Shown piece by piece: positions 20,252 to 31,065 of a stretch of 64,000 bases of DNA. The DNA is taken from the NCBI GenBank assembly GCA_051251915.1, contig JBPOGF010000003.1, forward strand, positions 201,479 to 265,478. Direction: 5' to 3'. The notes under the pieces are model-generated. The model ran no database searches and was not told the DNA's origin. It saw only the letters and a program-made list of their open reading frames with translations. How positions within the stretch are numbered: position 1 is the stretch's first letter; the number at the start of each line of letters is the position of its first letter. This stretch comes from Akkermansiaceae bacterium. GTDB lineage: Bacteria > Verrucomicrobiota > Verrucomicrobiia > Verrucomicrobiales > Akkermansiaceae. The translations under genes and the position numbers were made by a program.

Positions 20252-21408
20252 TGGGGTCTCTAGAGGATGATTTATCAGAGCTTGATGAGAGTTCTCTGAG
20301 ACGGAGGCTTAGGTGGGTAGGGAGTGGGCAGGGCAGGGAAATTCTGTTAGATGGGGAGCGCGTAGTGAACTTTGCCTCGAACGATTATTTGGGGCTTGCG
20401 AGTCATCCTGAGATTATTGCGGCGATGAAGGCAGGGGTGGATGAGTGGGGTGTGGGGAGTGGTGCTAGTAGGTTAATCACGGGTTCGATGACTGCGCATG
20501 GGGAGTTGGAAGAGTATATTGCGGAGTTGAAGGGGTGTGAGGCGGCGTTGAGTTTTAGTACGGGTTATGCGGCTTCTGTGGCGACTGTGAGTGGGCTGAT
20601 GGGGAAGGGAGATACGATTATTTTAGATAAGTTAGCGCATGCTTCATTGATTGATGGGGCGCGGCTTAGTGGTGCGACTGTGAGGGTGTTTCCGCATAAT
20701 GGATTGGGCAAACTTGAGCGGTTGTTAGAGGGGGCTGTTAGAGGGGCTGGTAGGGTGTTGGTGGTGACGGAGAGTGTTTTTAGTATGGATGGTGATGTGG
20801 CTTTGTTAGAAGAAATTATTTCTTTGAAGGATAAGTATGGGGCGATGTTACTGGTGGATGAGGCGCATGGGTTGGGGGTTTATGGCGAGCGTGGGTTGGG
20901 GTTGATAGAGCATTTGGGGGTTGGTGAGGGTGTGGATATTCATATGGGGACGCTGGGGAAATCTGCGGGAGTTGCGGGTGGATATATTGCGGGTTCTCGG
21001 GCGTTGATTGATTTGGTAGTGAATAAGGGGAGGGCGTTTATTTATTCTACGGCTCCGCCTCCGGCGCAGGCTGTGGCAGCGAAGAGGGCATTAGAAATTC
21101 TTACTTCTGGTGAGGGTGGAGAGCTTAAGGAGAAGCTGTGGGGGAATATGAAAAAACTTACCTCTATGCTGGCGGATGTGCGGGAAATAGTGCCGACTAG
21201 TGCAATCATTCCTTGGCATGTGGGTGAGGCGGATGATGCGCTTGAACTATCTAACAGGTTGTTAGAGGAGGGTGTTTTTGTGCCGGCGATCCGTTATCCT
21301 ACGGTGCCGCGTGGGACGGCTAGGTTGAGGATCACGTTGACGGCTAGCCATAGTGAAGCGGACTTAATAAGACTCGCTGAGGTATTAGCTGAGTCTGAGG
21401 GCCGCTAG
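20251..21408 (+). CDS. bioF: 8-amino-7-oxononanoate synthase
   Basis: SNDYLGL, GSGASRL, DEAH, TLGK and IRYPTVP. Confidence 0.94.
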   Translation: MGSLEDDLSELDESSLRRRLRWVGSGQGREILLDGERVVNFASNDYLGLASHPEIIAAMKAGVDEWGVGSGASRLITGSMTAHGELEEYIAELKGCEAALSFSTGYAASVATVSGLMGKGDTIILDKLAHASLIDGARLSGATVRVFPHNGLGKLERLLEGAVRGAGRVLVVTESVFSMDGDVALLEEIISLKDKYGAMLLVDEAHGLGVYGERGLGLIEHLGVGEGVDIHMGTLGKSAGVAGGYIAGSRALIDLVVNKGRAFIYSTAPPPAQAVAAKRALEILTSGEGGELKEKLWGNMKKLTSMLADVREIVPTSAIIPWHVGEADDALELSNRLLEEGVFVPAIRYPTVPRGTARLRITLTASHSEADLIRLAEVLAESEGR

Positions 21409-22006
21409 GGGTGTCGTTGCTTGGGGCGAGGTATTTGTTAGAGATGTAGTGTGTGCCGTTGGCGATGTATTCGGTGGCGTTGGAGATGCTTGTTGTGGCG
21501 GTCTTCCATTTGTCTGTGGCGGCATTGCTGAGTTGTTGGAAATTTTCTTCGATTGATTGTTCGATGTCAGCTTCAGTTAGATTGATCTCGATTTTGGGAA
21601 TGGTGATGCTGAGTTGATCTTTAGAAGATACTTCAATGTTGTCAGCGATGTCGTCTTGTGGCTTGTCCTGATTGTCTCCAAGGAAGGTGAAGGTGGTGGC
21701 TATGGCGATGATAGCTGCTATGGATGCGACTTTGAAAAACTTACCTCTGATGAGGTTTGATTCTTGATGTTGTTTGAGTTGGGAGATGATGGGGAGGGTG
21801 AGGTTTTGTTGGTCGATGAGGTGACCAGATGCGATAGAGGTAAGGTTTGAGTCATTGCTCCAGGCTTGATGGAATTCGGCACATTCTTGGCAGGTTGCTA
21901 TGTGCTGGGCGTCTGAGGGGGTGAGGTTCTCATTGGTATCGATAGCATCGGAGATGGAGAGCTGGATGAGTTCACATGTTTGATCTGTTTTTACGTTTGT
22001 TTTCAT
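21344..22006 (-). CDS. putative zinc-binding (ZAS) transmembrane anti-sigma factor
   Basis: HIATCQEC (HxxxCxxC), single TM, ATGA-coupled to the ECF sigma gene. Confidence 0.75.
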   Translation of the reverse strand: MKTNVKTDQTCELIQLSISDAIDTNENLTPSDAQHIATCQECAEFHQAWSNDSNLTSIASGHLIDQQNLTLPIISQLKQHQESNLIRGKFFKVASIAAIIAIATTFTFLGDNQDKPQDDIADNIEVSSKDQLSITIPKIEINLTEADIEQSIEENFQQLSNAATDKWKTATTSISNATEYIANGTHYISNKYLAPSNDTPSGPQTQLIPQRVLLSPLHYG

Positions 22007-22563
22007 AGTGTGAGGTTGTTGATGAGTGTGGAATTTGAGAGTTTTTTTCTGGCACGGAAGAGGTGGATCTTGGCGTTAGAGTTGGTGATCTGCATGTGTT
22101 TGCAGATTTCACTGACTTGGAGGTCTTGTTGGTATTTGAGCCAGATGGCGGTGAATTGTTCTTCGGAGAGGATGCGCTTGGCTTCATTCCAGAACTGGTT
22201 GGTTTGTTCTGTGATGAAGATGCGGGATTGGGGGGTGTCTGAGTGGCCGGCGTCTGCGGTTTCTGCTATGGGTGTGGGGAGGCGTTTTACTTTTCGGAAG
22301 TGTTCGTTGGCTTTGTTTCTGGCAATGCCGAAGATCCAGGCGCTGAAGGGGAATTCTGGTTTGTATTGGTGGAGGTTTTTGTGGGCGGCGATGAAGACTT
22401 CTTGGGTGATGTCATCGCTGTCTGCGGAATTTGAGCAGCGCTTGTTGATGAATGCGCGGATTTTGTTTTGGTAGGTGTTGATAATGTACGAGAACGCTGA
22501 AGTATTCCCGTTTAGGATACTTTTGATGTGCTGTTGCTCATCGTTTGCGTCGCTCATTATCAT
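22003..22563 (-). CDS. ECF RNA polymerase sigma factor
   Basis: DDITQEVF, FSAWIFGIARN and region 4 NAKIHLFRARKKL. Confidence 0.93.
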   Translation of the reverse strand: MIMSDANDEQQHIKSILNGNTSAFSYIINTYQNKIRAFINKRCSNSADSDDITQEVFIAAHKNLHQYKPEFPFSAWIFGIARNKANEHFRKVKRLPTPIAETADAGHSDTPQSRIFITEQTNQFWNEAKRILSEEQFTAIWLKYQQDLQVSEICKHMQITNSNAKIHLFRARKKLSNSTLINNLTL

Positions 22564-22623
22564 CGTTTGGAAACGATCTGGGCATTGGCTCCGGGTGAGC
22601 CAATGCGCGGATGAATGTATTGT

Positions 22624-23925
22624 TTAGTGCTCTTGTGTTCTTGTGCGAGGAGGAGCTATTTCTTCTCTCATTTGCAGATTAACGGATCTTGGTTCCCCAA
22701 AGTAGGCGAACAGTGGGGCGATCCCTGTGAGGTAGTTGAGGTGTTGAAGGCCTACTGGTCCGCGGCTGGCGATGAGGATTCCGTCATCATCTTTGCCGAA
22801 GGTCATGGCCCAGCCTTTGTCTGACTCGGTGATGTCAACCATGAGGCGATCTACGATTTCTTTTCCTTTGGCAAAATCTTTTCCTAACATGCCATTTTTT
22901 GCTGCGCTGTCATACTGAGATTTTGCGGTGCGGAGTAGGTCTTTCGATAGATACATCATGGAGTTTGCTTTGTTGGGCAGGTGTTCCATGGCGGCTTTGA
23001 ATTCTGGGGAGTCAGCGAGGGAGTTTTCACCAGATTTACATTTGGTGAGGAACTCAGGGCTTGAGCTGACCCAGATGTGGCCTGCTGTATTGTCTATGAC
23101 GAGTTGAGGTGAGTAGCCCATGAGCTGTGCTCTCATTTCTGCAGGGATGGTGTAGGTGATGATGCCATTAACTTCAGACTTCTGTAGTGGGGCTCCGGAC
23201 TGGGCGATGAGTTGGTCACCTAGCTTGTCCCATAACCAGTTGAGGCCGTCTATTCTGATGACTGCGTTGGCGCCAGTGGCGATGGCTAGAGGGTTGGTCT
23301 GGGCAGCATCGCCAGTGTTTACATCTAGAGCGATGCAGGCGGTGACGTTGAGTTTAGCGAGGAGCTGGGTGGGGGTCATGTTTAGCTCAGGGATGTTTTT
23401 ATCCATGTTGGCTGCTATTTTATCTTCGCCGCTGAGCTTAGCGATTTCCATGAGCATTGGTGCGAGCTGGCGGAGGTCGAGCTGGAGCTGGAGGGCAAGA
23501 TCTGTGCCGGCTGGGCTGATGGTGGGGGCGACTGGGGTTTGGTTCTTTTCTCCGAAGAGTGAGAAGATGCCGGAGTCATTGCCGCCATTTTCAAGGTAGC
23601 TGTGGTTGATCCAGGCGTTGTCGAGTTCTTTGGCGCTGCTTCCAGTGGCTTTGAGTGAGTTTACTCCGAGGATGCGGAAGAGTTCTTTGGCGGTGATATT
23701 TTCAGGGATGGGTTCGCCATTTTTTCTAGCAGTCTGGAGAATGAGCTCGAGGTACTGGGTGATGGCAGCCATGTCTCCATCGAGCTTGGTCATGCTGATG
23801 TAGTCACCAGCGGTGTTGAGCTTAGAGGCTGTTTTTTGGAGTGATGGGTGGAAGTCTTGGGCGATGGCGGCGCTATGGCAGCCGAGAGCGAGCATGGGGA
23901 TGAGGAATAAATTTTTCTTTTTCAT
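22624..23925 (-). CDS. secreted hypothetical protein
   Basis: 433 aa, signal peptide, directly upstream of the sigma/anti-sigma pair. Confidence 0.8.
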   Translation of the reverse strand: MKKKNLFLIPMLALGCHSAAIAQDFHPSLQKTASKLNTAGDYISMTKLDGDMAAITQYLELILQTARKNGEPIPENITAKELFRILGVNSLKATGSSAKELDNAWINHSYLENGGNDSGIFSLFGEKNQTPVAPTISPAGTDLALQLQLDLRQLAPMLMEIAKLSGEDKIAANMDKNIPELNMTPTQLLAKLNVTACIALDVNTGDAAQTNPLAIATGANAVIRIDGLNWLWDKLGDQLIAQSGAPLQKSEVNGIITYTIPAEMRAQLMGYSPQLVIDNTAGHIWVSSSPEFLTKCKSGENSLADSPEFKAAMEHLPNKANSMMYLSKDLLRTAKSQYDSAAKNGMLGKDFAKGKEIVDRLMVDITESDKGWAMTFGKDDDGILIASRGPVGLQHLNYLTGIAPLFAYFGEPRSVNLQMREEIAPPRTRTQEH

Positions 23926-23956
23926 AAGTGTGTGAGTTATTGTTGTTACTGATAGT

Positions 23957-23983
23957 TTAGAGTCGGGGGGGAGTTTGGTTACA
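23957..23983 (-). promoter_or_regulatory. candidate ECF sigma promoter
   Basis: Minus strand TGTAAC-N16-TCTAA, about 30 nt before the ATG at 23925. Confidence 0.5.
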
Positions 23984-23994
23984 TTTTTTTCGAT

Positions 23995-24032
23995 AAAAAA
24001 ACCAACTTTCCTACTTTGAAGATAGTTGGTTT
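23995..24032 (-). terminator. probable terminator of the ferritin gene
   Basis: aaaccaact...agttggttt arms with T tract on the minus strand. Confidence 0.6.
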
Positions 24033-24076
24033 AAATGATGTTGGACAGTCAAAAAGTCGACTGCTTGATGGGATGT

Positions 24077-24577
24077 TTACTCCTCTTCTGGTTTACGTTG
24101 GCCGAGTTTGTCGTTGAGATACAGGAGGCCTGCTTTGTCGTCGCCGATGAGTTTGAGGTTGGCGATGATGTCTTCCATGCTTTTTTCTTCTTCTACTTGC
24201 TCGTCAAGGAACCACTGGAGGTGGCTCTTGGTGGCGTGGTCATTTAGCTTGAGGGCTAGTTCGTAGAGTGCGTTGATGGAGGTGGTGTTTTCGATCTCCA
24301 TTTGGAGAGAGAGTTCGAAGACCTCGAGGATGGAGGAGAACTCGATTTGCGGGCTTGGAATGGATGCGAGTTCTACGCGGCCTCCTCTGTCTTGAAGGTA
24401 GTTGAGAAGCTTCATGGCGTGGACTTGCTCTTCTGCGTGTTGGTTCTGCATCCATGAGGCGAGGCCGTCTAGGCTGAGTTCATCGAAGTATGTGGACATA
24501 CCGAGGTAGCTGTAGGATGCGGTAAATTCTTGGGCGATCTGAGCGTTGATGGCGTCTTGTAATTCTTTTTTGATCAT
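24077..24577 (-). CDS. ftnA: non-heme ferritin
   Basis: EFTASYSY, EEQVHA and LQWFLDEQVEEE ferroxidase residues. Confidence 0.93.
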   Translation of the reverse strand: MIKKELQDAINAQIAQEFTASYSYLGMSTYFDELSLDGLASWMQNQHAEEQVHAMKLLNYLQDRGGRVELASIPSPQIEFSSILEVFELSLQMEIENTTSINALYELALKLNDHATKSHLQWFLDEQVEEEKSMEDIIANLKLIGDDKAGLLYLNDKLGQRKPEEE

Positions 24578-24726
24578 AATTTGTATGTTGTTTCTAGTAT
24601 TCAATATATAGACTTGTGAGCGGGGGTCAAGAGACGCCTGATTATTTAAATTTTTTCTTTGATTAAGAGGTGTGTCATGGTGGAAATATTGTTTACAAAA
24701 TGTGTTCTATGTTGGAGGTTGTCTGG

Positions 24727-26235
24727 ATGAAACCTGTATTACTTGTTCTTGGAGTTTCCCTTATGGGGTTGACTGGTCTGGCTGCTGCGGAGAAGAAGCC
24801 GAATATTATTTTTCTGCTATCTGATGATCAGAGTACTTACTCGGTAGGTATCTATGGGAATGAGGATGTGAAGACTCCGAATATGGATAAGCTTGGGAAG
24901 GATGGGATGATCTTTGATAAGCATTATGATACGACTGCGATTTGTATGGCGAGCCGTGCGAATATTTTGACGGGGATGTATGAGTATAAGACGGGGACGA
25001 ATTTTAGTCATGGGAATATGAAGCCTGAGATCTGGGCGAAGTCTTATCCGGTGTTGTTGCGTGAGGTTGGGTATTTTACGGCTTTTGCTGGTAAGTTTGG
25101 GTTGGAAGTTGAGGGTAAGGGTTTATGTGAGGGGGATTTTGATATGTGGGGTGGGGGGCCTGGGCAGACGATGTATGAAACTAAGAAGAACAAGTCTATG
25201 GCGAAGTATGCCGAGGAGTTTCCACATTCTACGGTTTCTTATGGTGCGTTTGGGCGCGATGCGATCCGTGAAGCGGTGAAGGTGAATAAGCCGTTTTGTT
25301 TGTCGATTAGTTTTAAGGCGCCGCATAAGCCTGCGACTCCGGATCCTCAGTTTGATGATGTTTATAAGGATAAGGTGTTTAAGAAGCCGGCGAATTATGG
25401 TCGCGAGCATGGGGAGCATTTTTCTGAGCAGAGTAAGCAGGGGCGTCAGTATGAGAGGTTTGAGAGCTGGGATTATGATAAGAATTATGATGGGGTGATG
25501 CGTCTGTATCATCAGCAGATTTATGCGATTGATGTGGCGTTGGGGATGATACGGGATGAGGTGGAGAAGCAGGGTGTGGCGGATAATACGGTTATTATTT
25601 ATACGAGTGATAATGGGTTTATTTGTGGGTCACATGGTTATGGTTCTAAGGTGTTGCCGATGGAGGAGTCTACACGTGTGCCTTTGATGGTTTTTGATCC
25701 GAGGAGTGAGAGTTCTGGTAAGGGGTTACGGTGTGCGAGGCTTACGGGAAATATTGATTTTACGCCGACTATTCTGGAGCTTGCTGGGTTAGAGGTTCCT
25801 GCGAATGTGGACGGGAAGAGTTTAGTGGGGCTGCTGAAGGATCCGACTACGGGTGGGCATGAGCAGCTGACTTTGATGAATACTTATGGGCCTGCTGCTA
25901 CGAAGTTTCTGGCAGTAACGACACGCAAGTATAAGTATAATTTTTGGTGGTATGGGTTTAAGGGGATGACGCCTACTGAGGAGCTTTTTGACTTAGAGAA
26001 TGATCCTATGGAGCTGAATAATCTGGCGAAGAATCCTGAGCATAAGGAGGCTTTGGAGAAGATGAGAGCGGTGTATGATGGTGCTCATGGGCATCTCGAT
26101 GAGGAGGGAGTGGAGTATAATAGTTATAAAATTTATAAGACACTTTTTGATAGAAACATCCCTGTGGAGGAGAAAGATGAGTCTGGTAAGGAAGCTAAAC
26201 AAGGTAAGAAGAAAAAGAAGAAGGCTGTGAAGTAG
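24727..26235 (+). CDS. secreted sulfatase
   Basis: [19 protein letters not shown] and SDNG. Confidence 0.94.
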   Translation: MKPVLLVLGVSLMGLTGLAAAEKKPNIIFLLSDDQSTYSVGIYGNEDVKTPNMDKLGKDGMIFDKHYDTTAICMASRANILTGMYEYKTGTNFSHGNMKPEIWAKSYPVLLREVGYFTAFAGKFGLEVEGKGLCEGDFDMWGGGPGQTMYETKKNKSMAKYAEEFPHSTVSYGAFGRDAIREAVKVNKPFCLSISFKAPHKPATPDPQFDDVYKDKVFKKPANYGREHGEHFSEQSKQGRQYERFESWDYDKNYDGVMRLYHQQIYAIDVALGMIRDEVEKQGVADNTVIIYTSDNGFICGSHGYGSKVLPMEESTRVPLMVFDPRSESSGKGLRCARLTGNIDFTPTILELAGLEVPANVDGKSLVGLLKDPTTGGHEQLTLMNTYGPAATKFLAVTTRKYKYNFWWYGFKGMTPTEELFDLENDPMELNNLAKNPEHKEALEKMRAVYDGAHGHLDEEGVEYNSYKIYKTLFDRNIPVEEKDESGKEAKQGKKKKKKAVK

Positions 26236-26261
26236 TCATGTAGCTGGGGGTGAACCTGAAG

Positions 26262-28208
26262 CTATGTTCCTACTATGCCGCCGCCTATTTTCTGGATGGC
26301 GACTACGGATGGGCGTGGTGGCATGTTGGGGTTGAAGTCTGGCCAGCGTGTGGAGGGTGAGTTGTAGTCTGAGCCTTCTCCTGGGTGCTGGACTGCGCAG
26401 AAGAATGTGGAGTTGTCTGGGGTGAAGAATGGGCCGCAGAGTTCTGCTGCGGTGGGTGTCTGGAGGAAGCTTTTGCTGAGTGCGCGTGCGGGTCCGGTGG
26501 TCTCGCTTACCCAAACGCCGTCTGCGATGCCGAATTTGCTGCCGCCGTCTGTGGCGATCCAGATGCGGCCTTGGTTGTCGAATGCGCAGTTGTCTGGTGA
26601 CATGAACCAGCCGTGTTCGGTGGTGTCTGGGTGGTATTTTGCTTCGTGGTCTGGTTTTTCTGGGTTTCCGGCGAGGATGAAGATGTCCCATTGGAAGCTG
26701 TCTGCGGTGTGGTCATCGTTTGGTGGTGTCATTTCGATGATGTGGCCGAAGGAGTTGATGACGCGAGGGTTGGCGTCATTTCTGGAGGTTCTGTCTCGTT
26801 CGTCGTTGTTGGTGAGCATGGCGTAGACGACGTTTGTCTTGAGGTTGACTTCGATGTCTTCTGGTCTGTCCATGGGGGTGGCGTACATGAGGTCTGCGGC
26901 GCGGCGGCAGTCTATGCAGACGTCTGCTTGGGATTTGAATCCGTTTGCTTTTGTGAGGGGGCCGTTGCCGTGGATGAGTGGCACCCAGATGAGTTTGCCG
27001 TCTTCTTTGAAGCGGGCGGCGGAGAGGGTTCCTTCGTCCAGGAGGGTCATGTTGTGTGGTCTGTTGCCTTTGATGTATTTTTTGTTGCTGACGAATTTGT
27101 AGATGTATTCGAATTTCTGATCATCTCCGGTGTAGGCGACTACGGAGTTGTCTTTGTTGATGGTGATGGAGCAGCCTTCGTGGCGGAATCTGCCGAGGGC
27201 GGTGCGTTTCTTGGGGGTGGAGTTTGGGTTTAGTGGGTCTACTTCTATGACCCAGCCGCAGTGGAGTGGGCCGTTGTGAATTTTCTCTAGGTTGAAGCGT
27301 TCATCGAATAGTCCCCAGGGCATGGGTGGGGGTGTGGTGTAGGTTTTATCTTCTTGGTCTTGGTAGTAGCCTTGGATGTCTAGGCGCCAGTAGTGGAGGG
27401 ATTCTGTGGAGTTTGCAGGGTTGCCGGTGAAGTATTCTTGGATGTTTTCTTCTCCGCTGAGGACGGTTCCCCAGGGGGTGATGCTGCCGGAGCAGTTGGC
27501 GAAGGTTCCCCAGGTTTTGATGCCGTCAGAAAGCTTATTTTTGAGGCGTGGGTGTCCGGCTGCTGGGCCGGTGATTGCCATGGTGGTGTTAGGGGTGATG
27601 CGGCGGTTGTATTTAGAGTCTAGGATGACTTGCCATTTTCCGTCGATGCGCTTGATCTCTACGACGGACATTCCTTGGGATGCCATGTGGAGCTGGTATT
27701 GCTCTTGGGTGAGGAGGGTGGTTTCATACACGGGTTGGTGCATGAGTCTGGCATCTGAGTACTCGTGGTTGACGGCGAGGAGGCCGTGGTCTGAGTTGGT
27801 GGATCCGTGGGGGAGTGGGATGAAGCCTACGAAGTCGTTGTTGTAGCCGAAGCGCTTGAGTTGCTCGTCTGCGGTGAGGGTTTCTGGGTTGAAGTCTGGG
27901 AGACCGGAGAAGAGCGGGTCTCCCCAGCGGATGAGGACGTCTGCTTGGTAGTTTTCTGGGACGTGTAGGTTATCGCTGACGGTGCGTTCTAGTTCTTTGA
28001 AGTCTAGGGTAGTTGGGGTGGCTGGTGTTTCTTTGTTTGCTTGTGTGGCTTGGGCTCCTATTGAGGTGAAGAGAGCGCCGATGCCTAGTTTTTTGATGAG
28101 GTCTCTGCGGCTTAGTCTGTGGTCTACTACGTTTGCGAAGATTTCTCCTTGTTGTTCCCTTTTTACTGGGATGTCTCCATCATCTAGGTCTTGAGAGTGG
28201 TTGTTCAT
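26262..28208 (-). CDS. phoX: PhoX family alkaline phosphatase (Tat exported)
   Basis: SRRDLIK Tat motif, NHEY, NCSGSITPWGT, GRFRHE, DRPED, SPDN and QHPGE. Confidence 0.94.
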   Translation of the reverse strand: MNNHSQDLDDGDIPVKREQQGEIFANVVDHRLSRRDLIKKLGIGALFTSIGAQATQANKETPATPTTLDFKELERTVSDNLHVPENYQADVLIRWGDPLFSGLPDFNPETLTADEQLKRFGYNNDFVGFIPLPHGSTNSDHGLLAVNHEYSDARLMHQPVYETTLLTQEQYQLHMASQGMSVVEIKRIDGKWQVILDSKYNRRITPNTTMAITGPAAGHPRLKNKLSDGIKTWGTFANCSGSITPWGTVLSGEENIQEYFTGNPANSTESLHYWRLDIQGYYQDQEDKTYTTPPPMPWGLFDERFNLEKIHNGPLHCGWVIEVDPLNPNSTPKKRTALGRFRHEGCSITINKDNSVVAYTGDDQKFEYIYKFVSNKKYIKGNRPHNMTLLDEGTLSAARFKEDGKLIWVPLIHGNGPLTKANGFKSQADVCIDCRRAADLMYATPMDRPEDIEVNLKTNVVYAMLTNNDERDRTSRNDANPRVINSFGHIIEMTPPNDDHTADSFQWDIFILAGNPEKPDHEAKYHPDTTEHGWFMSPDNCAFDNQGRIWIATDGGSKFGIADGVWVSETTGPARALSKSFLQTPTAAELCGPFFTPDNSTFFCAVQHPGEGSDYNSPSTRWPDFNPNMPPRPSVVAIQKIGGGIVGT

Positions 28209-28303
28209 AAATTTAGCTACTAGTGCGTGAATCTATGTGTGGGTGGTGGGATTTAGGAGGATTGGATTGTTACGGTTCTGTCTCTGTTTCTGTGATGAGG
28301 GGG

Positions 28304-28344
28304 AAAGAAAAAGCACCGAGAAGGACGATGCCTTTCGGTGCTTT
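28304..28344 (-). terminator. intrinsic terminator of secDF
   Basis: aaagcaccga...tcggtgcttt hairpin with T tract on the minus strand. Confidence 0.75.
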
Positions 28345-28382
28345 GGTAGTTTTGTGAATGTTGAGTGATCTGGTCTCTCGCT

Positions 28383-30857
28383 TTATTGTTTGGTGCCGGC
28401 TGGGTTGATTTCTGCTTCTAGGTTTGCGTCTAGTAGCTCGCGGCGGAGGTTGATGCCTTTGTATTTACTGAAGAGGTAAACGATAGGTGAAGCGATGTAG
28501 ATGGATGAGTAGGTTCCTACGATGACACCGATCATGATGGTGAGTGAGAAGTCAGAGAGTGCTTGGCCACCATAGATGAAGAGCACGAGGACAGCTACGA
28601 AGGTGGTGATGGATGTTAGGACTGTTCTGGAGAGCGTGGCGCTGATGGCTGCGTTCATGACGTCTTTGACTTCGCCTCGTTCGGTTTGGAGGCTCTCACG
28701 AATACGGTCAAATACAATGATGGTGTCATTGATGGAGTAACCTGCGAGAGTGAGGAAGGCGCCGATGTGGATGAGTGATAGCTCATCGCCAAGTATGAAG
28801 AGAACGCCGACGGTGATGAGGATATCATGCAAGAGGGCGGAGAATGCGCCGACTGCGAATGAGAACTCGAATCTGACTGTGATGTAGATCATGACGCAGA
28901 AGAGTCCGAAGCCGAGAGCGTAGATGGCGTTCATGAGGAATTCTCCACCCATTGTGGCGCTTACTTTTTCTGAGTTTGCCTGGATGATGTATGAGTCTTG
29001 ATCATTTTTATCATTGAAGTGAGGGATGGATCCTCTGATTGCGTCAATGATGTTTTGGGTGTCAGCAGGGTCACTCTTGATGGCGATGATCTGGCCTGAT
29101 CCTGGAGGCTGTTCTATCTGTAGTGAGTGTTTCTTGCTGAGGGTCACGCCTGAGATGATGGTATTTAGCTCAGCTTGTGTGACTGCTTGGTCAGCGGGGA
29201 CCGAGAAGCGGGTGAGGTTACCACCTGTGAAGTCGATTCCGAGGTTGTCGTTGCCTTTGATGCCTACGAATGAGAGGCCGCCAACGATGAGGAATGCTGA
29301 GATGATGAATGAGTATTTGCGCTTGCTGAGGAAGTCAAAAGTCTTATTGGGTATAAGGTTCATGAACTTGATGTTCTTAAGCAGGCCTGTGTCTGCTGCC
29401 CACCAGAAGAGGACGCGAGTGCAGAGGAGTGAGGCGAGGAGTGTGCCGAGGATACCGATGGTAAGTGTGACGGCGAATCCTTTGATAGATCCTGATGCTT
29501 GCCAGAAGAGGATGACGGCAGTGATGAGGGTGGTGATGTTGGCATCAAAGATGGCTGAGAATGCTTTGTCGTAGGCGGCGGCGATGGCTGCTTTGACTGA
29601 TTTCCCGCGGTCTAGTTCTTCTCTCATGCGCTCGTAGATGATGACGTTAGCGTCAACTGCTACACCGATGGTGAGGATGATACCTGCGATCCCAGGGAGT
29701 GTGAATGAGGCGCCGAATGCCGCCATGGCTCCGAAGAGGATGATCATGTTGACTACGAGTCCGACGAGTGCGATGAGTCCGGCGAAACGGTAGTAGAGAA
29801 GGACGAAAACGGCGGTGAGGGCGAGGCCAATGACACCGGCGGTGATACCTTGTTTGACGGTGGCTTCACCGAGTGAGGCTGAGATGGAGCGTTGCTCCAT
29901 GACCTCGATGTCGTTTTCGAGTGGGTTTTGGAGTGCTTTGGTGAGGTCTTCTGCTTCTTTCTTGGAGTCTAGGCCGTTGATGACGAAATTTTTGTCGAGT
30001 GTGTCAGCTGCGAGTGTTGCGTAGTTGACTACTTTGCCATCGAGGACGGTGGCGATCATGTCTTGGTTTTTGGTGAGTGTGCTGGTGAATTCTTTCATCT
30101 TGTCACCGCCTTGGCCTGTGAGCTCGATGTTTACAACTGAGTAGTCACGTGGGCTAACCCAGGCAGCTTTCACGTATTTACCTGAGAGTGCTTCGCGGCG
30201 CTTGATGAGGACGTTAGTTACTGTTTGTTCACCTGTTTTAGAGTCAGTTTCTGTGTGTGGGAGAACGCTGAATCCTGGGATGATTTCTCCGCCAGCAACT
30301 TGATCTGCAAGTTGGCTAGACTGTCTGTGGACGCTGTGGATGGTGAGCTTGGCGGTGGTGGTGAGGAGCTTGATGAGCTGTTCTGCTGCTTCTGGAGAGA
30401 GCTTGGGGATCTGGATTTCGATACGGTTGCCAACGATGTTTACTGGGGCGTCGAGTGCTCCGGTGGAGTTGATGCGTTTTTCGAGGATGTTCTTAGCTGA
30501 GTCCATCGCTTCTGGAGTGATGGGTAGTTCTTCCTGGGTGTCAGGATCGATGTTTGGCTTCACTTCAAGGATGACGGATGTTCCGCCTACGATCTCGATT
30601 CCGCCGTTGAGGTTACTGGCTTTAGCGAATGTGGTTTCTCCGCTGAGGATTCTGCCGAGGTTGCCAGGGTTGACGATGGCGAAGAATGAGCAGATGGTGA
30701 TGGCGGCTACGATGATGGTGCCGATGTTGCGCTTACGCTTGAGTTTCTCAGTAGCGAGATACCAAAAGAGTAGGATGAGCACGGTGACTCCGATCATGAG
30801 AACGGTGGTTCCTGATTCGGCATTTGTGGCTGCGAGCATTGTAGCTAGTGTTGTCAT
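28383..30857 (-). CDS. secDF: fused protein translocase SecDF
   Basis: GVAVDANVIIYER, GIDFTGG and GYSINDTIIVFDRIRE. Confidence 0.95.
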   Translation of the reverse strand: MTTLATMLAATNAESGTTVLMIGVTVLILLFWYLATEKLKRKRNIGTIIVAAITICSFFAIVNPGNLGRILSGETTFAKASNLNGGIEIVGGTSVILEVKPNIDPDTQEELPITPEAMDSAKNILEKRINSTGALDAPVNIVGNRIEIQIPKLSPEAAEQLIKLLTTTAKLTIHSVHRQSSQLADQVAGGEIIPGFSVLPHTETDSKTGEQTVTNVLIKRREALSGKYVKAAWVSPRDYSVVNIELTGQGGDKMKEFTSTLTKNQDMIATVLDGKVVNYATLAADTLDKNFVINGLDSKKEAEDLTKALQNPLENDIEVMEQRSISASLGEATVKQGITAGVIGLALTAVFVLLYYRFAGLIALVGLVVNMIILFGAMAAFGASFTLPGIAGIILTIGVAVDANVIIYERMREELDRGKSVKAAIAAAYDKAFSAIFDANITTLITAVILFWQASGSIKGFAVTLTIGILGTLLASLLCTRVLFWWAADTGLLKNIKFMNLIPNKTFDFLSKRKYSFIISAFLIVGGLSFVGIKGNDNLGIDFTGGNLTRFSVPADQAVTQAELNTIISGVTLSKKHSLQIEQPPGSGQIIAIKSDPADTQNIIDAIRGSIPHFNDKNDQDSYIIQANSEKVSATMGGEFLMNAIYALGFGLFCVMIYITVRFEFSFAVGAFSALLHDILITVGVLFILGDELSLIHIGAFLTLAGYSINDTIIVFDRIRESLQTERGEVKDVMNAAISATLSRTVLTSITTFVAVLVLFIYGGQALSDFSLTIMIGVIVGTYSSIYIASPIVYLFSKYKGINLRRELLDANLEAEINPAGTKQ

Positions 30858-31065
30858 AAAGATGTATTTGTTAACAGTACGAGTGTGTGTGTGCGCATCT
30901 GTCGATGAGCGGATAGCTACATAACGCCATTTCAGCCAAGGTCAATCCCTAGTTGCTCTAAGTAGCAGATTTTAAAGGGTGAATTCAGAAATGAGGCGGT
31001 GTTTTAGCGAGTGATCTGGATGCGCTTGACGTGGAGAGTGGCAGTGTGCAACGTTCACGTCTTGT

